From Guillardia theta CCMP2712 (Eukaryota > Protista > Cryptophyta), in NCBI RefSeq assembly GCF_000315625.1, contig NW_005434672.1, positions 174,698-238,697 of the forward strand: a stretch of 64,000 nt of DNA. The letters run 5' to 3'. Within the stretch, counting starts at the first letter, position 1, and the number at the start of each line of letters is the position of its first letter. Made by a program: the position numbers and the translations under genes. Shown in pieces: positions 10,592 through 23,634 of this stretch. The notes beneath the pieces were generated by a model. The model was given only the letters and a program-made list of their open reading frames with translations, did not search any database and had not been told where the DNA came from.

Positions 10592-12102
10592 ATGTCGTCC
10601 CTCAACAAGAAGCAGCTCAAAGATGTTGACGTAAGCGGAAAGAGAGTCTTCATCCGTGTCGACTTCAACGTCCCCCAGGACAAGGCCGATCCTTCCAAGA
10701 TCACCAACAATGCCCGCATTGTTGGAGCCCTTCCGTCCATCAAGCACTGCTTGGAGAAGGGTGCGAAGTCCGTGGTCCTTGCCTCCCACTTGGGTCGCCC
10801 TGATGGAGCTCGTATCGAGAAGTACTCCCTTGCCCCAGTAGCCAAGGAGCTTTCTAAGCTTCTTGACAAGGAGGTCAAGTTCCTTAATGACTGTGTCGGC
10901 GCGGAGGTCGAGGCTGCTTGCGCTGATCCAGCTCCTGGAAGTGTGATCCTGCTTGAGAATGTTCGCTTCCATGTTGAGGAAGAGGGCAAGGGAGAGGTCA
11001 ATGGAGAGAAGATCAAGGCTGATCCTGCTAAGGTGAAGGATTTCCGCGCTTCCCTCCGAAAGCTTGCGGACGTTTACGTGTCCGATGCCTTCGGAACTGC
11101 ACACAGGGCCCACAGCTCCATGGTTGGCGAGGGTTATGATGTCAAATGCGCTGGCTTCTTGGTTGCTAAAGAGCTCGAGAACTTCAGCAAGGTGTTGGAC
11201 AATCCAACTAAACCTGTTCTTGCTATTCTTGGTGGTGCCAAGGTGTCGGACAAGATTCAACTTATCAAGAACATGATCCCTAAGGTCGACAAGATGATCA
11301 TCGGAGGGGGAATGGCCTACACCTTTTTGAAGGTAGGGTAAATCCCTTCTGATTGATGCTTTTCTGACTTATGACTTCTCCAGGTTCTGGACAAGATGGA
11401 GATCGGAACTTCCCTGTACGACGAGGAGGGAGCCAAGATTGTTCCAGAGGTATGCAATCCGATCGTGGTGTGTTTCGAGATGACAGAATTGGTAGATTAT
11501 GTCCTTGGCCAAGGAGAAGAACGTTGAGATTGTGCTTCCTGTTGATTTTGTCGTCTCCTCGAAGTTTGGAGAGGACGGCGAAATTGGAACTGCCACCAAG
11601 GCGGAGGGCATCAAGGCCGGGTATGAGAGTGTTCATTCTTGTTGCTTTTCGCAGTTCCCTGACCTGGCTATATTGGCAGCTTTATGGGACTGGATTGCGG
11701 ACCTGAATCCATCAAGAAGAACAGGGAGGCGATCATGAGCTCGAAGACCATCATCTGGAATGGACCTATGGGTGTTTTCGAGATGTCAAAGTTCGAGGGT
11801 GGAACCAAGGCTATGATGGACGACATGGTAAGGGCCACATACTGTCACTCGAAGACTTTGAGAGCTGATTTCTCACTCCAGGTTGAGGCAACTAGCAAGG
11901 GTGTCTTGACGGTGATCGGAGGTGGAGACACCGCAACTTGCTGCGTGAAGTACAACACTGAAGACAAGGTCTCTTTCGTTTCCACTGGTGGTGGAGCATC
12001 TTTGGAGCTCTTGGAGGGCAAGGTAGACGATACCTGTGTTGATGGGTGTTTGTTCACTCTCTGCAGGTTCTTCCAGGTGTTTCCGCTCTCTCCGACGCCT
12101 AA
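10592..12102 (+). CDS. PGK: Phosphoglycerate kinase (no targeting peptide, cytosolic type), 6 exons
   Basis: [78 protein letters not shown]. Five short GT-AG introns; stop TAA 12100-12102. Confidence 0.97.
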
Positions 12103-12646
12103 TTTCGCTGTACTGCCAAGTTGTAACTGTTGCTTAGTAAACCTCCTTGATCGATTTGGTGTCAAGCGTGAATGATTTCTGTTACTTATGTAATGTACAA
12201 GAAGAATGAGAACAGTAATTTAACTTCCTCGTTGCTTGCTGAAAACAACATGATCCTACACTGCTGAGTAATCCGCAAAATAATATCAAGGCTTTGAATC
12301 ATGTATTCACCAGTTTTTCAATCAACATACGGTCACCCCTGTCTTGCCTTTCTCGTCATCATGTTAGGCCTGTAGTGCCCATGCTTTCAAACTCAATTTT
12401 TCACATCGTTTGTCACGGATTGATATCAACCAAAGTCACTTGAACTATCACACTTTCCCATAATGTGCCACCAGCTCGCGCTTTTCCTGCTGAAAGCTCA
12501 CCTCATGATTGGGTCATTTGCGAACAAACCTGTTCACTTTCTCCTGTCGCAAGCTTGATTGACTCAGAACCCTTTGAAGGTTCATCTTTCGAGCAAAAAG
12601 ATCGCTTGAGTCATCTGTTTATAGCAAGTCACTACTCCTGCTGCAG

Positions 12647-13971
12647 TCAAGGTCCATCATTACCTCGTTTTCCTCCCCAGTCATTTTGTCTCAGCATTCG
12701 TCTAATATCTCGAGCAAAGAGATGACCCACTTCTGCCTTTACAAACTGCATCTTTTCTGATATCGCAGTCTTGTTCCCAAGGAACTCGGCTGAAAGAGGT
12801 GCCCAAGACGAGCCGCTTGCAATGGGCTTCAAGGTGTCACACCTGATTTTGTATACCAAAGGGCAGCCAGACGGAACATCGAGATTTTCTTCCGCTCACA
12901 TTCAGCTAGGGAGATGAGAAGAATCTTTACCTATGTCACTGTCAGATATGTCATCCAGAATCTTTGCAAGCAGTCTGACAATATTTCCTGATGACAAGGC
13001 AGTGAGATTTTGTCACTGCAAGCAAAGAAACCTACCGTGCGTGACAAGAAGAATCGATTTCCCTGCTCTAAGAAGCGGCTTGATTTCCTCTTCCCACGTT
13101 GGCAACACCTAGCCTTTCTAAAACAACAGAAGCGCGAGCATGTCATCCGTACCCTAAACATGGCTTCATGCAGACTTTCACCCAATGGCAGGTCGTTCTC
13201 ATTGATATCGTGCATTTGCCAGTACCTGGATAGTTGCAGTCAACATCGAGTTTATTACATTTCATATGATGAAATCCTGCCCATTACACGAATCATGCAT
13301 ATCATCATGTATCAGACATATCAGCAAAGAATACTGGCATACTTTGTGTCATGCCCAGGCCAGCAAGGATGGGATTTGTTTAGCAGAGGAGGAGGATAAG
13401 AATATCCCCTACGAAACTTCTGTACTCTCTCCCTGCCAAAATCCAAGGCGGCAACTTTCTTGTTCAGGCCAGTCAACGCTCCATCGTGGCGCTCGTTCAA
13501 GCGCCATCTACAGTCAGTGGGGATCCATAGCTGGTTGAGCTCTTCTAGTACGATGTAACATGTTTTAACTGCTCGTTGAAGAACACTGGTGAACGCAACG
13601 TCGAACTTGAGATTATTTTCACGACACAACTTTCCAGCCTTGTGCGCATCTTTCAATCCCTGGTCACTCAGTGGCACATCAACCCAGGAAGTAAACCTGC
13701 ATGGTAGCCTTTAGATTTTATGCAACCATCTCCTCAATACCCTTCTACCCCCTTCCATGCCCCTTCGCAGCCTCGCCCCCTCTTCAAACTAGGACCTGTT
13801 GTCTTGATTCCATATGCTCTGCCCATGTCGCACCATGACAAGGGTTGCGGTGGCAGGAGTTCCATCAATCCATCGCTCCTCACATGTCGAGCCATCACTG
13901 CCTGCGAGTCTCAAGAGTGCCAGGGCTACGAGGAGCCATGCAGACGCGCAGGCGGTTCCAATCAGACGCAT
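12647..13971 (-). CDS. gpmA: 2,3-BPG-dependent phosphoglycerate mutase (histidine phosphatase family) with N-terminal signal peptide, multi-exon
   Basis: LVMVRHGQSIWNQDNR|FTSWVDVPLS, FTSVLQRAVKT, WRLNERHDGAL, ESLHEA, spliced LLVTHG|NIVRLL (both catalytic His present). Hydrophobic MRLIGTACASAWLLVALALL. 3' end approximate. Confidence 0.88.
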
Positions 13972-14219
13972 TCCTACATCATTGTGGCTCGCCCCGATCC
14001 CTCCTCCCGCGGGGCGGGCCCGGCAACTGAGTCCATCCCGGATTATTTGAAATCTCCTCTCACGATTTGAAATTAACTGGAAGAAGGCAGATTGATAGTA
14101 TAAGTTTGATGGGGTGGGGTACAAAGGGCCGGACAGTTCGTCTGCTTTCGGTGTTGTATCTCTATGGTGGGGTAGTGTAATATTACTCCAGGGGTAGGGT
14201 GGTCACGAAGAGCCAAGCC

Positions 14220-15631
14220 ATGGCAAGTTGGAGGAGGGACGCAGGGCGCTCCGCTATGATGGTAGCGGGAGCTGCGCTTCTGGTCCTTCTAGCTTCCATC
14301 CATATACTGTCAAGAAAGGTGAGGACTTGCTTGTTCAGTATGGAGAGGCTCTGCATTGTAAACAGAGGAGGACATCGGTGGAGATGATATTCTTTGCCTT
14401 GACTTTCACAATGCAGGCAACCAAGAAAGTTGCGCTCGCCGATTTGATAGACCCTGATGGTGTTAACCCTCAACGCCTAATGGATGCCATGTCGGACTTG
14501 AAAGCTGATGTGAAGATGGGCACTAGCACTGCCAGAAATCTCATCGGGAAGGCTAAGAAGTTGATGGACAAACGACTTTCGATCATCGTGGATACACAGA
14601 CCCTCAAGACTGGAGGGCTACCAGGCCCCCCGGGACCGCAAGGCCGCAAAGGAAAACCAGGATACCAGGGTGCAATCGGTGCAGAGGGAGATCGTGGCCC
14701 TGATGGGCCTCAAGGTCCTAAGGGGGAAACCGGATATCCTGGACCCCAAGGACTCCGCGGGGACACAGGCCCAATAGGAGAGCAGGTTCCTCGCCATTGC
14801 TCACCTGATATCTCCTCTCAACATCTATGCAGGGTGATCGTGGAGTGAAGGGTGAGACTGGCCCTCCAGGCTTCCCAGGCCCCCCAGGCCCCCGCGGGCA
14901 ACTTGGAACTCCTGGAAAGAGAGGCCCCCGAGGCCCAAGAGGACAAGCTGGATACCAGGGCAACCGTGGCGCAGTGGTTATCAGAAAATTTCTACTTTCA
15001 TTGCTTGCTCATGTCGTTTGATACGCAGGGAGTCCCTGGAATTCCGGGCCGTCGTGGACCTAAGGGTACTTGGGATGTTATAGATGCGACGCAGCGGTGT
15101 AAGGAGATCGGAGGAAGCATTTACAAAGGAGTTTGCTTGAAGAAGTCTATTCTCATCGGGAATGGAGACGACATCCCTCTTGGCTGCAACCCAATCAGAC
15201 CAGCGGTCCAGTGGGACTGGGACGACGTCTCTAACATTGCGAGGCTGTTTCAGTCAAAAACGACATGGTGCTTATTTTCATCTTTTCGGATTCTCCCATC
15301 CGTGACTTGTTTGGAGTAGGGGTCTTGGCTTGAAGTCACCTGGAAATAACGGAGGCTCCTGCACCAATTTCATGGCGATTATGAGCTTCACGTACAGGTA
15401 TGTCTGCGGCGTCTTTGCTTGAAGGGACTGATTTGGTTGCAGGTGGGATTCTAACGACTTGTACGTGCAACGAAATGTTTTTAGCTACCAACCACCTACG
15501 AATTGGGGGGGTGGCTGGTAATGGCTTTGACATTTGACGGAATGATGGTTCCACTCACATTGTACTACAGGTCTTGCTATGTCTGTCCTGGGTCAGGCTG
15601 CACTGCAATTTACGCATGCAATATCGATTAA
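14220..15631 (+). CDS. Collagen-like (Gly-X-Y) protein with N-terminal signal/anchor and Cys-rich C-terminal domain, multi-exon
   Basis: [40 protein letters not shown]... continues over several exons. Hydrophobic [18 protein letters not shown]; C-terminal [13 protein letters not shown]...ACNID*. Confidence 0.82.
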
Positions 15632-16699
15632 ATAAGACAGTCATATCGAGTAGCCCTCGGCTGTTGTAGTGTTCTTTTGGTTTTTTGGTTCTTGATGGTT
15701 AAAGTGCGTATGAAATGGGAATCAGCTGAACGCAACGATTGTTACTACTTCGGGTCATAGATTTTCTTGCCGGCCCAACGTTTCTCTTCTGTAAAGCTGC
15801 AAGATAGAATTGAAAACTAGTGCGTCCGAGTGGTGAAAAGTGTGCACTTCCTGAATGTGAGAGGCATCTTTATGGCATTGAGATCCTGCTGTTTGACAGT
15901 GACGACAGTTGAGGAAATGTGATAACAGTAGTTAGAACGGGGCCACATGATCGGAGGCCGACCAAAAGATATCAATGCAAGATTGAAAGGCAACACGCCA
16001 GACGCTTCCGATCAACCCACGCGCTGTCTGTCTGTCGAGCGTAACTGACATTTCAGTCCATACGGAATCCTTCGCCGCAAACTTTCAGGTTGAATAGAAC
16101 ACAATGTCGTTGGTGACCACAAGAGCATTCTCGAGGGAGTGACAAGGATCGTTTCCAAGTGCAAACATCAATTGTCTACCTGACCAAGCTTGTCCAGCTG
16201 AGTGGATGCAGTGAAGTCTTACATGCATCCTGCTAGGAAGCGAGACACGCGAGCAATCTTTAGTCCTGGCACTTTGCAACATGCAGCAAGTCAAACCGAC
16301 TTGGTCGCATCCATATTTGGGAACAGCTAAGTGGTGAAGTTTTAGTTCATTACAACGTTCTTCTCACTAGTCTGCAGCAGTTGTCAAGTACACCATGCAG
16401 ACATAAAGAGATGACTTGCTCTAATTCACTCAAATCAATCTCGCAATGAGATCCGTGATTCTTTTCTATATCAAACAATCCCTTTGTGTACTCCACGGAC
16501 TCCCCCAACCCTCCCTCTCTCTCCAGCACCCTTCCTGCCTCCCTCCCTCCTTCTCATCCATCCATCATTTCGTCCCCAAATACTCCCGAATCCTAGCTTC
16601 ATCATCCTTATTCAAACTTACACGTAGCAATTTCCAGCAGAATCTCGGACTTCGGCAACGCTCATTGGCGCTACAAATCTTCTTGACCTGCTCCTCCTC

Positions 16700-17169
16700 A
16701 TGCTCCTCCTCCCCGCAAGAAGACGAGGACAGGACTTCGTTCTCGTCAGCGCCATGATGTAGCTGCTAGGCCACTGTCTTCTGTCCCTCTCCCCGAGGCC
16801 GACTCTCCTCGGCTCTGAGCCCGATCAAGCAGCCCCTGCGGCGCCGTCGTGCCTGATATCCTGCTTCTGATTTTCGAGGACGAAATGGACTCATTGCTCG
16901 AGCCAGCAGCGCTGATACCACAAGAAAATGCCCAGCCACGGCGCGAGTGCCTCAGCCTCGGCTCTCCCGAGAACTGGAAAGCTCGCAGCCAACACCGCAG
17001 AGCAACTTCCAAGCACCAATGCGACAAGCGAGATCGCCCTTGAGCGCCTCGCCGAGCACTTCCACGAGAGCCTCGAGGTCGCAGCGGCCAAGTTCGGCAT
17101 CGGCAAGTCGACGATCATCGGAAGCTGGTGTGCAGGCAACTGGGAGTAGAGAAGTGGCCGTACCATTGA
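16700..17169 (+). pseudogene. RWP-RK pseudogene (third copy of the A cassette) with frameshifts
   Basis: 17017-17163 aligns to the A1/A2 cassette but has a 5-nt deletion after 17029 and a 5-nt insertion at 17116-17120, plus a further 5-nt insertion at 17164-17168. In-frame TGA at 17041-17043. 5' limit uncertain. Confidence 0.8.
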
Positions 17170-17589
17170 AGTTTAGACGGGCCAAGGGCAGTAAGGGAAG
17201 ACATCGAACGGGCCACATTGGAGGCCAGAAGAGTCTTCGACGGGCACGAAGGGGAGCGGATCATCGGATGGTACTCGGTTATCCGGTCAGTGTGTGTTTT
17301 CAAGCCTTGTACGGGACGGTTTCAATAGTCGGAGAAGCCTCGCATATACATTTGATCAAGTTTTCAAGTGCCGTGTGGCCTTGACTTGTATGATGAGCCG
17401 TCCAGCAAGGGCCTTGACGAGTCTTAGACTCTCCGACTGGCTCGGAGATCCGATGATGCCGTACGGTACGGTACTTGGCAGCCTCGACCATCGGACCGGC
17501 GAGCAACTTGAAAGTGAGGCGGGTCGGGTGGAAGGTTTGACTAGCTGTTTGACTAGCCCTTGAGTAACCAGAGGGGCGTTTGAGGGAGG

Positions 17590-19601
17590 ATGGAGGCAAA
17601 GAAGGAGCACACAGCAAGTAGGATGGATCTTGCTTCTGTGCTGCTTCCCATCTGACTCGTGATGATCTGCAGGAGCGAAACACTTCGCAATCTCTCCCCC
17701 GGGTTTGAACCCGTTTGATCACGACGATTGTGAAGGGGTGGAGGATATGAGATGTGCGTCGATATCCCTTGTACAATCTCCCTGCCATGCTGAAAATGAC
17801 TCTGCAGATGAGGTAGCCATAGACAAGTTGGCCATAAGGGACCGTCTGAAGCAGTACCTGTTCAACTGTTCCCATGTACCTCATCCCCAAGATGCGCAGC
17901 TTTCCTCCAACACGGCAGCATCCAGACCTGACAGCCTGAACCCCCTGAAAGAAGAGATTGCTCATGCCATCTCTGACCGCATCCCAGTCAAGAAGATCGC
18001 TGCCATGGTTAACGACCAGATCCTGCATATCCGGGAAGAATGCACGAGAGCGGTAGACAGACACTCAGTACAAGTTGCGGACGTGAGGGAAGGAGGGGGG
18101 AATAACAGGAAGACAATCAACAAGTCTATGGAAGCAAGTAGCGAAAATGGTGAGGAGAGCGCCGGGCCTGCAAGTTTGATGGATGTGTCGGAGTACATGG
18201 CGAAGTTGAGCGACATGGGGCTTGTTCCAGACGTCATCGACGAGGAGGGGGCAGTTCAGGTCAGCCATGATGGGATGCCGGCCCCGTGGTTATGATACCT
18301 TACAGCTGTTTTCTCGTCGAGTAGCTGAGAAGCACGGAGATCAGATCTCCCAGGAGGATTTTGAGATGCTGGTGAACATGATGGTTGAGGACAAGGTAGG
18401 TTTTACTTGCTTCACCCTGACTTGTCATGGAGTGCAATGATACGACTTGTATTTTCCTCTAACACACTCACCAGAGCTCCATGATGGACGAGGCGTACGC
18501 ACGACAAGTAGCGCAGGCGGTAGCCGAAGGATACTCGGAGACCCTGACTGACATTCTGAGGCAGGAGATGAATCACAGACAAACTCCCGTCGCAGTAGCA
18601 GGAGACATGTCTATTCACGCCGTTGGAGATCGGCACGAGCTTGTCAGAGAGAGAAACAGAAGTACTGAGTTGTCTCCCTTTGCTGTCGTTATGACTGCCT
18701 TGTTCGCGTGCAACATAGGAATCCAAGAGCGAAGAAACGCGAGGAGAGAGCAGTCGGAGAAGCTTCGAACGGAGGCGATGCAGGAGGAGCTGAGGGAGAA
18801 ACACCTGAGGATGAAATCGATCTTGAAGGCTGTGGTGATGATGATTCAATTCCACCTAGATGGCGATGATTGTTGAATGCTGCATGGCAGAAGTCCGGCG
18901 ATCTCAATGCAACGAGTGAGCTGGAGGTTCTCCTGGCTGACGATCTGTCAGAGTGAGATCAAATCTCTTCATGATTTCTAAGACTCACTTGTTTTCATCT
19001 CTCCTTCGTGTCGGTTTTGTCTTGCTGCTCTCCTCCTTCCGACCAGTGTTCGTGCTCTCGCCGCTGTCTCTCTCGCTCGTGCCGTTCAGCTTGGATACCC
19101 TCCAGTCGATCGAGTGCTCAAACTTTTGTCCATCTCTTTCCGCAAGGATCCCTCCAAAAAGGTCCTCCTCTGCTCTGCTCTGCTCTGCTCTGCTCTGCTC
19201 TGCTCTGCTCTGCGCGTTCCTTCCATGCGTTTCCTTTCCTTTGTCTTCCCTTCCCTTCCGTTCCCTTCACTTCACTTCCCTTTCATGTTATGACTCAAGA
19301 ACATTTCAGGTCAAGCGCGCAGTCATCGAAGCACTGCACATCGTGGATGCTGCGCTATCTAGTGCACCAGTGCCGATGGAGGGGCAAAGGACGGCGAAGG
19401 AGGAGGTGGAGGTAACGGTAAACGGAGAAGCGAGTGTTGGTGAGGTATGATTGAGGGTGGGAAGGTCCTGACAAGGGGCAGGTGAAGAGACAGCAGGAGG
19501 TAAGGGTGGTAGTGATGCAGGTGAGTTGAGGGGGTTCAGGTTGAGCTTGTGGGGGCATGATAGCATGGCTGCAGGCTACATGGGTGATGGGGAACGGCTG
19601 A
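17590..19601 (+). CDS. Hypothetical multi-exon, helical/coiled-coil protein
   Basis: Long coding-like ORFs 17705-18295 and 18481-18876 joined by plausible GT-AG introns. No recognised domain; ends uncertain. Confidence 0.5.
19168..19212 (+). repeat. (CTCTG)n microsatellite, intronic
   Basis: Read directly from the sequence. Confidence 0.85.
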
Positions 19602-19873
19602 GGGCCCTAGAGGCGACGAGGCAGGTGCTGCGGAGGAGGAGAGAGAAAGAGAACGTGCGAGGGCAGGACCAGCAGTAAAGGCGAGGGCGGGAGGCACATT
19701 GACGTAAACGAATAGGCTAAATCATAGAGTGAAGGGGAAACAATAAACAGCAAGACGACTGGATTAGTACAGACAAGAACAAGAACAATGGTATCGGAAG
19801 CAAGATCTGAAGCAGGCACAAGCTATCATAGAAGCAATTCACTTACTGTCAAGAACTAAGACGAGCTCGGTAT

Positions 19874-22800
19874 TCAGCAGCTCAAGATCTTCCTAGCTAC
19901 TGTGGCATGCTGCTTGAACAATGAGGCAAACATCTGCTTGAGTTGTTTCTTTCTCTGGTAAGGATCACCTGTTGACATGTTAGCTAAGAAGAACATCAAA
20001 GTGCCGATGAAAAATAACAGGAACACGGAACAACAGAGAAATTTGTAGCAACAATCGAAAAAGAAGCATTGAAATTCAGAAATGAAGCAGCAAACAAGGC
20101 TTGACTGATTCCAGATTACAAACATGAACCTGATCAAAACGAACACTCCAAGAGAAACATCAGGAGAAGGAGAACAGACAAGTCACCTCCGTTGCTCCAA
20201 ATCTTGTGAGAGCTGAGTTCCAAAGCTTCTTGCACATCAGACTTACTGATGCTTTCAACCTAAAGGTGATGATTAGAGAAGATAAAAGAAGAAAAAAATA
20301 GTTGGAGAAAGAACAAAAGAATAAGGCAAGAAAAGATGCTCAAATCAAGCAGGACAAACAATAGGGTAACAATGCATAGAGCAGAGGTAGAGTGATAGAT
20401 ACAGAAAGAGAAAAACTGATGAGAAGAAGATAACAAAGTTGCAATGTTGACAAGGAAAATGGAGGGGGGGGGGGGGGTAAGAGCTGGTAGCGGCAGGTCA
20501 TACTTGTTCTTCCAACTTCCTCTTTTTCAACTGAGAAGGATCGTTCTCCTTACAATCTGACAAAACTTGGTCTGCGCCTTCATTCTGTGAAGCTACGGTC
20601 AAATCAGCATCAGGGTTGATCTATCACTCACCTCGTCCTCGTCCTCTTCCTCTTCCTCGGGTTCGATGATGAAGATCTTGCCTTTGGCTAGGCACTTGCA
20701 CTGTTTGTAGAGACTTGACTTGACCTTGAGCCTTAGCTTGAGGGAATCAGTGTCCTACTTCAATGTCAACTGACCAAAAACACTTTTTCCCTCCCAGCCC
20801 CTCCTTCGTCCCCTTGACGTCCCGCCTCTCTCGCTTCCTCTTCATCTTCTCCCCTTTGCTCATCAAGACTTTGTACCTTCTTTTCTGGGTCGGTCAAAGG
20901 ATCGCACTCCTTAATCTCAACAAACTTGGCTATCGTTGCCAGTCGTTTCATCTGCTGTTTGCAAATCTTGAACCTAGAACAAACATGTGAGCAATATTAG
21001 TTTGTTGTTCAGAAACACGGTAAACAATCTTTCTCTTGTGTTCTCCTACAAATCATGCTATCTTTCTTAAGCGACACTAAACGTACATGCCCGACCCACA
21101 CTTTCCCCTCATGAATTCTCATCCAGATATCATTGCAACTTCTCACCTTCGAACCATCTCATGGATCGGAGGGTTCGGAAGCGCGAGTTTGTGCAGACAG
21201 TCTGCCTCCTTGAGCGTCTTTGCGTCAGTTACATCTCGGAGAGCCTACTCCATCCGTCACTCCCCTGCCCTCGTCGAGCACACGAAGCGAACCTGGAAGT
21301 CTTCCGAAGGGTCTTCAACGCTTACATCAAGAATGCTGTCATCATTCCTTGCAAACGAGTAGAATGCATTCTACAAACATGAAGGAAAAAGGTCAACAGG
21401 CGATTGTGACTGGGGTTGTGATGATCAAACTCACCAGCAGCTTTGACCCGTATCCTTGTCTATGAAAGGGAGGGAGGACAACGACCTGGCTGTCTACATG
21501 TCAGAAAGCAAGACAAGCTGACAGCAAACACAAGTCTTGGGTTCAATCAACAAACTAATCAGATGTTAAGGTCACTGTATTCACCTGATTCGCATCCGAT
21601 ACTTGTCGAGTTTTTGTGTTTCTCTGTCGTAAACCCAATACTTGTACCTGCACAACAAAGAGTACATTAGAAAATGCCTTGCTCAACCAGAGCAGTCCAT
21701 TCCATCACTACAATCAGAGCTAGTTGCTCTTGACCTGCTTTAAATTGCACCTCATTTCCTCCAAAACAGTCTCTCTGCCTACTTCCGTGCTCACTGAAAT
21801 CAGCACCCTCGATTTGTACTTACGCTGTAAGAAATCCGATGAGTATGAATTTCGTACTTCCATTCTTTGTAACTTTCTTGTACAGGGTGAAGATCTATTT
21901 GCCAATCTCAGCTGGCGATCAAATCACGCATCACAATCGTCTCACATTCCATCGTTCATCGGGTACTTCAATACATCCTGCCGTCTCAATACACCACATT
22001 GCCTGCTTGCTCCTTCAGCGTTTGACTGGCTGGTTGCAAGACACGCACCAAGCTCTGCAATCCCTTCACATACGGAACCACTTCGTCTTTGTCTGCGATG
22101 AAATGCAAAATCGAAACCTCCTCTGTATCACTCAGCTTCTCGTTGAAGATTTCACTCCCGTAGGGAGTAAACTCTGCTTTTGCATCCTTTTCAACCTTGT
22201 CAATGTTGTTGTCTTTCAAGTCATGAGGCATTCTTGACTCGACAGAGTCAAGAACCTGCACGTGTTCTCACTATCCAGCGCATCGTCACACCTTTCTTTC
22301 TCTTCTCCCACCGCCCCCCCACCCCCCCCCACACACACACTTTCGCTCTCATTTCCTTTCTTCCCTTTCGAACTCACGTTTGTCCTGTTCAAGCCAAACT
22401 GCCGCAATTGTTTCATATCAACAGGCCCATCATGTTTGAAGTCAACAGACGAAGACAGTGTGTTAGCAGCATAATTAACCACGACCTTGGGCTCGTCTGT
22501 CAAGAAGCATTCAACATCAAAACACTTCAAAAACTCTCTCACGGTATCCGATAATGAGCTCCTCGTGTATTCTCTCTTCTGCTCCTGGCTGCTCATTGAA
22601 GAAGACCTGATGCGTGAACAAAGGATTGAACTCGATCGCCGACCCCTCGTCGTCTCCAACGATCATTTTGATCTTCGTCACCTCGTTCGCCCAGCACGAG
22701 TAAGGAACATCCTCCTCCTCTGACTCTCCATCGTCATCAACGTCCTCGGCCTCCTCTCTCTCGATGGTAACCGACTCCTCGACCTTCTCTGCGAATCTCG

Positions 22801-23376
22801 CTCTCTTATTCTTCTCCTTGTCGCACAGCTTCACGTTTTCAGCTGGAACCTGCATTCGATTCCCGTCGTCCAGCTTGACTATCCATTTTTCTCCTTGTTT
22901 CCCGGAGATCTTTCCAACACAACCATTGAACTGCCAGCATGTCAGCCACCAACGACCAGTGCAGCATCGAACCACTAGCTCATACGCTCTTCACTCTCGT
23001 CCCTATCGTCACCCGGCTCCCCTTTCTTCACCGCTCTCACTTGTAAGCATACATTCCAGAGTCTTTTCGTGATTCTGTTTTCCTTCACTTCTATCACCCC
23101 AGTGCATTACCATACCCTAGCTCTCGTACAACCTTTCCTTCTTTGCACCGCCCTCATCATCCTACTCCTCTTGCTTATCGCTCCCTCCCTCCACCTTCTC
23201 GCCCCCCTCCCCCCGCTCTCCTTCTTTGTCTTCCTCCTCCTCCTCCTCCTCCTCCTCCTCCTCCTCCTCCTCCTCCTCCTTCTCCTCCTCCTCCTCCTCT
23301 GCCTCCTCCTCCTCACCTCTGCTGCCATCGTCAGGCCCTGCAGCGTTACCCGGGCACCTTCCTTGAGCCCCTGCAT
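19874..23376 (-). CDS. HAT1: Histone acetyltransferase type B catalytic subunit (HAT1-like) with N-terminal KOW/SH3-like extension, multi-exon
   Basis: Hat1_N motif FNPLFTHQVF...EELIIGY; GNAT motif A QVVVLPPFHRQGYGSKLL (~21435-21488); VSVEDPSEDFQ|ALRD. Ends approximate. Confidence 0.85.
23232..23312 (+). repeat. (CCT)n microsatellite in first intron of HAT1
   Basis: Read directly from the sequence; explains the poly-R, poly-L and poly-P ORFs. Confidence 0.9.
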
Positions 23377-23634
23377 TTCCCGCCTTCGGCGTGCTTTACT
23401 CAACTCTTTGACTTTTAGTCAAACTTCGGATTGAGTAAAAGATCAGACCCAATGCAAGGATACACAACAAGCCATGCAGTGGGAGAGAGTGGACGGGGGA
23501 AGGAGGAGGGTAGTGAGGATTAGAACGGAGAGGATAAACAGGAGCAGGAGACGCAGAAGCAGGAGCAGAGGCAAGATCAAGGGGGCGAGTACTGGAGCAG
23601 ATCCAAACAGGAGGAGAAGAACCAGGAAGGGTTT

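Noticed and set aside
10324-11260. 230-aa and 248-aa minus-strand ORFs
   Set aside because: Antisense shadows of PGK. The 10505 GTG extension of PGK is also rejected in favour of ATG 10592.
12960-13040. Apparent loss of the second catalytic His in PGM (SSGN)
   Set aside because: An intron intervenes; the spliced sequence reads THGN.
17300-18064. 254-aa minus-strand ORF
   Set aside because: Overlaps a better-supported plus-strand spliced gene and a palindrome-rich tract.
23069-23434. Poly-Leu, poly-Arg and poly-Pro ORFs
   Set aside because: Translations of an intronic (CCT)n microsatellite.
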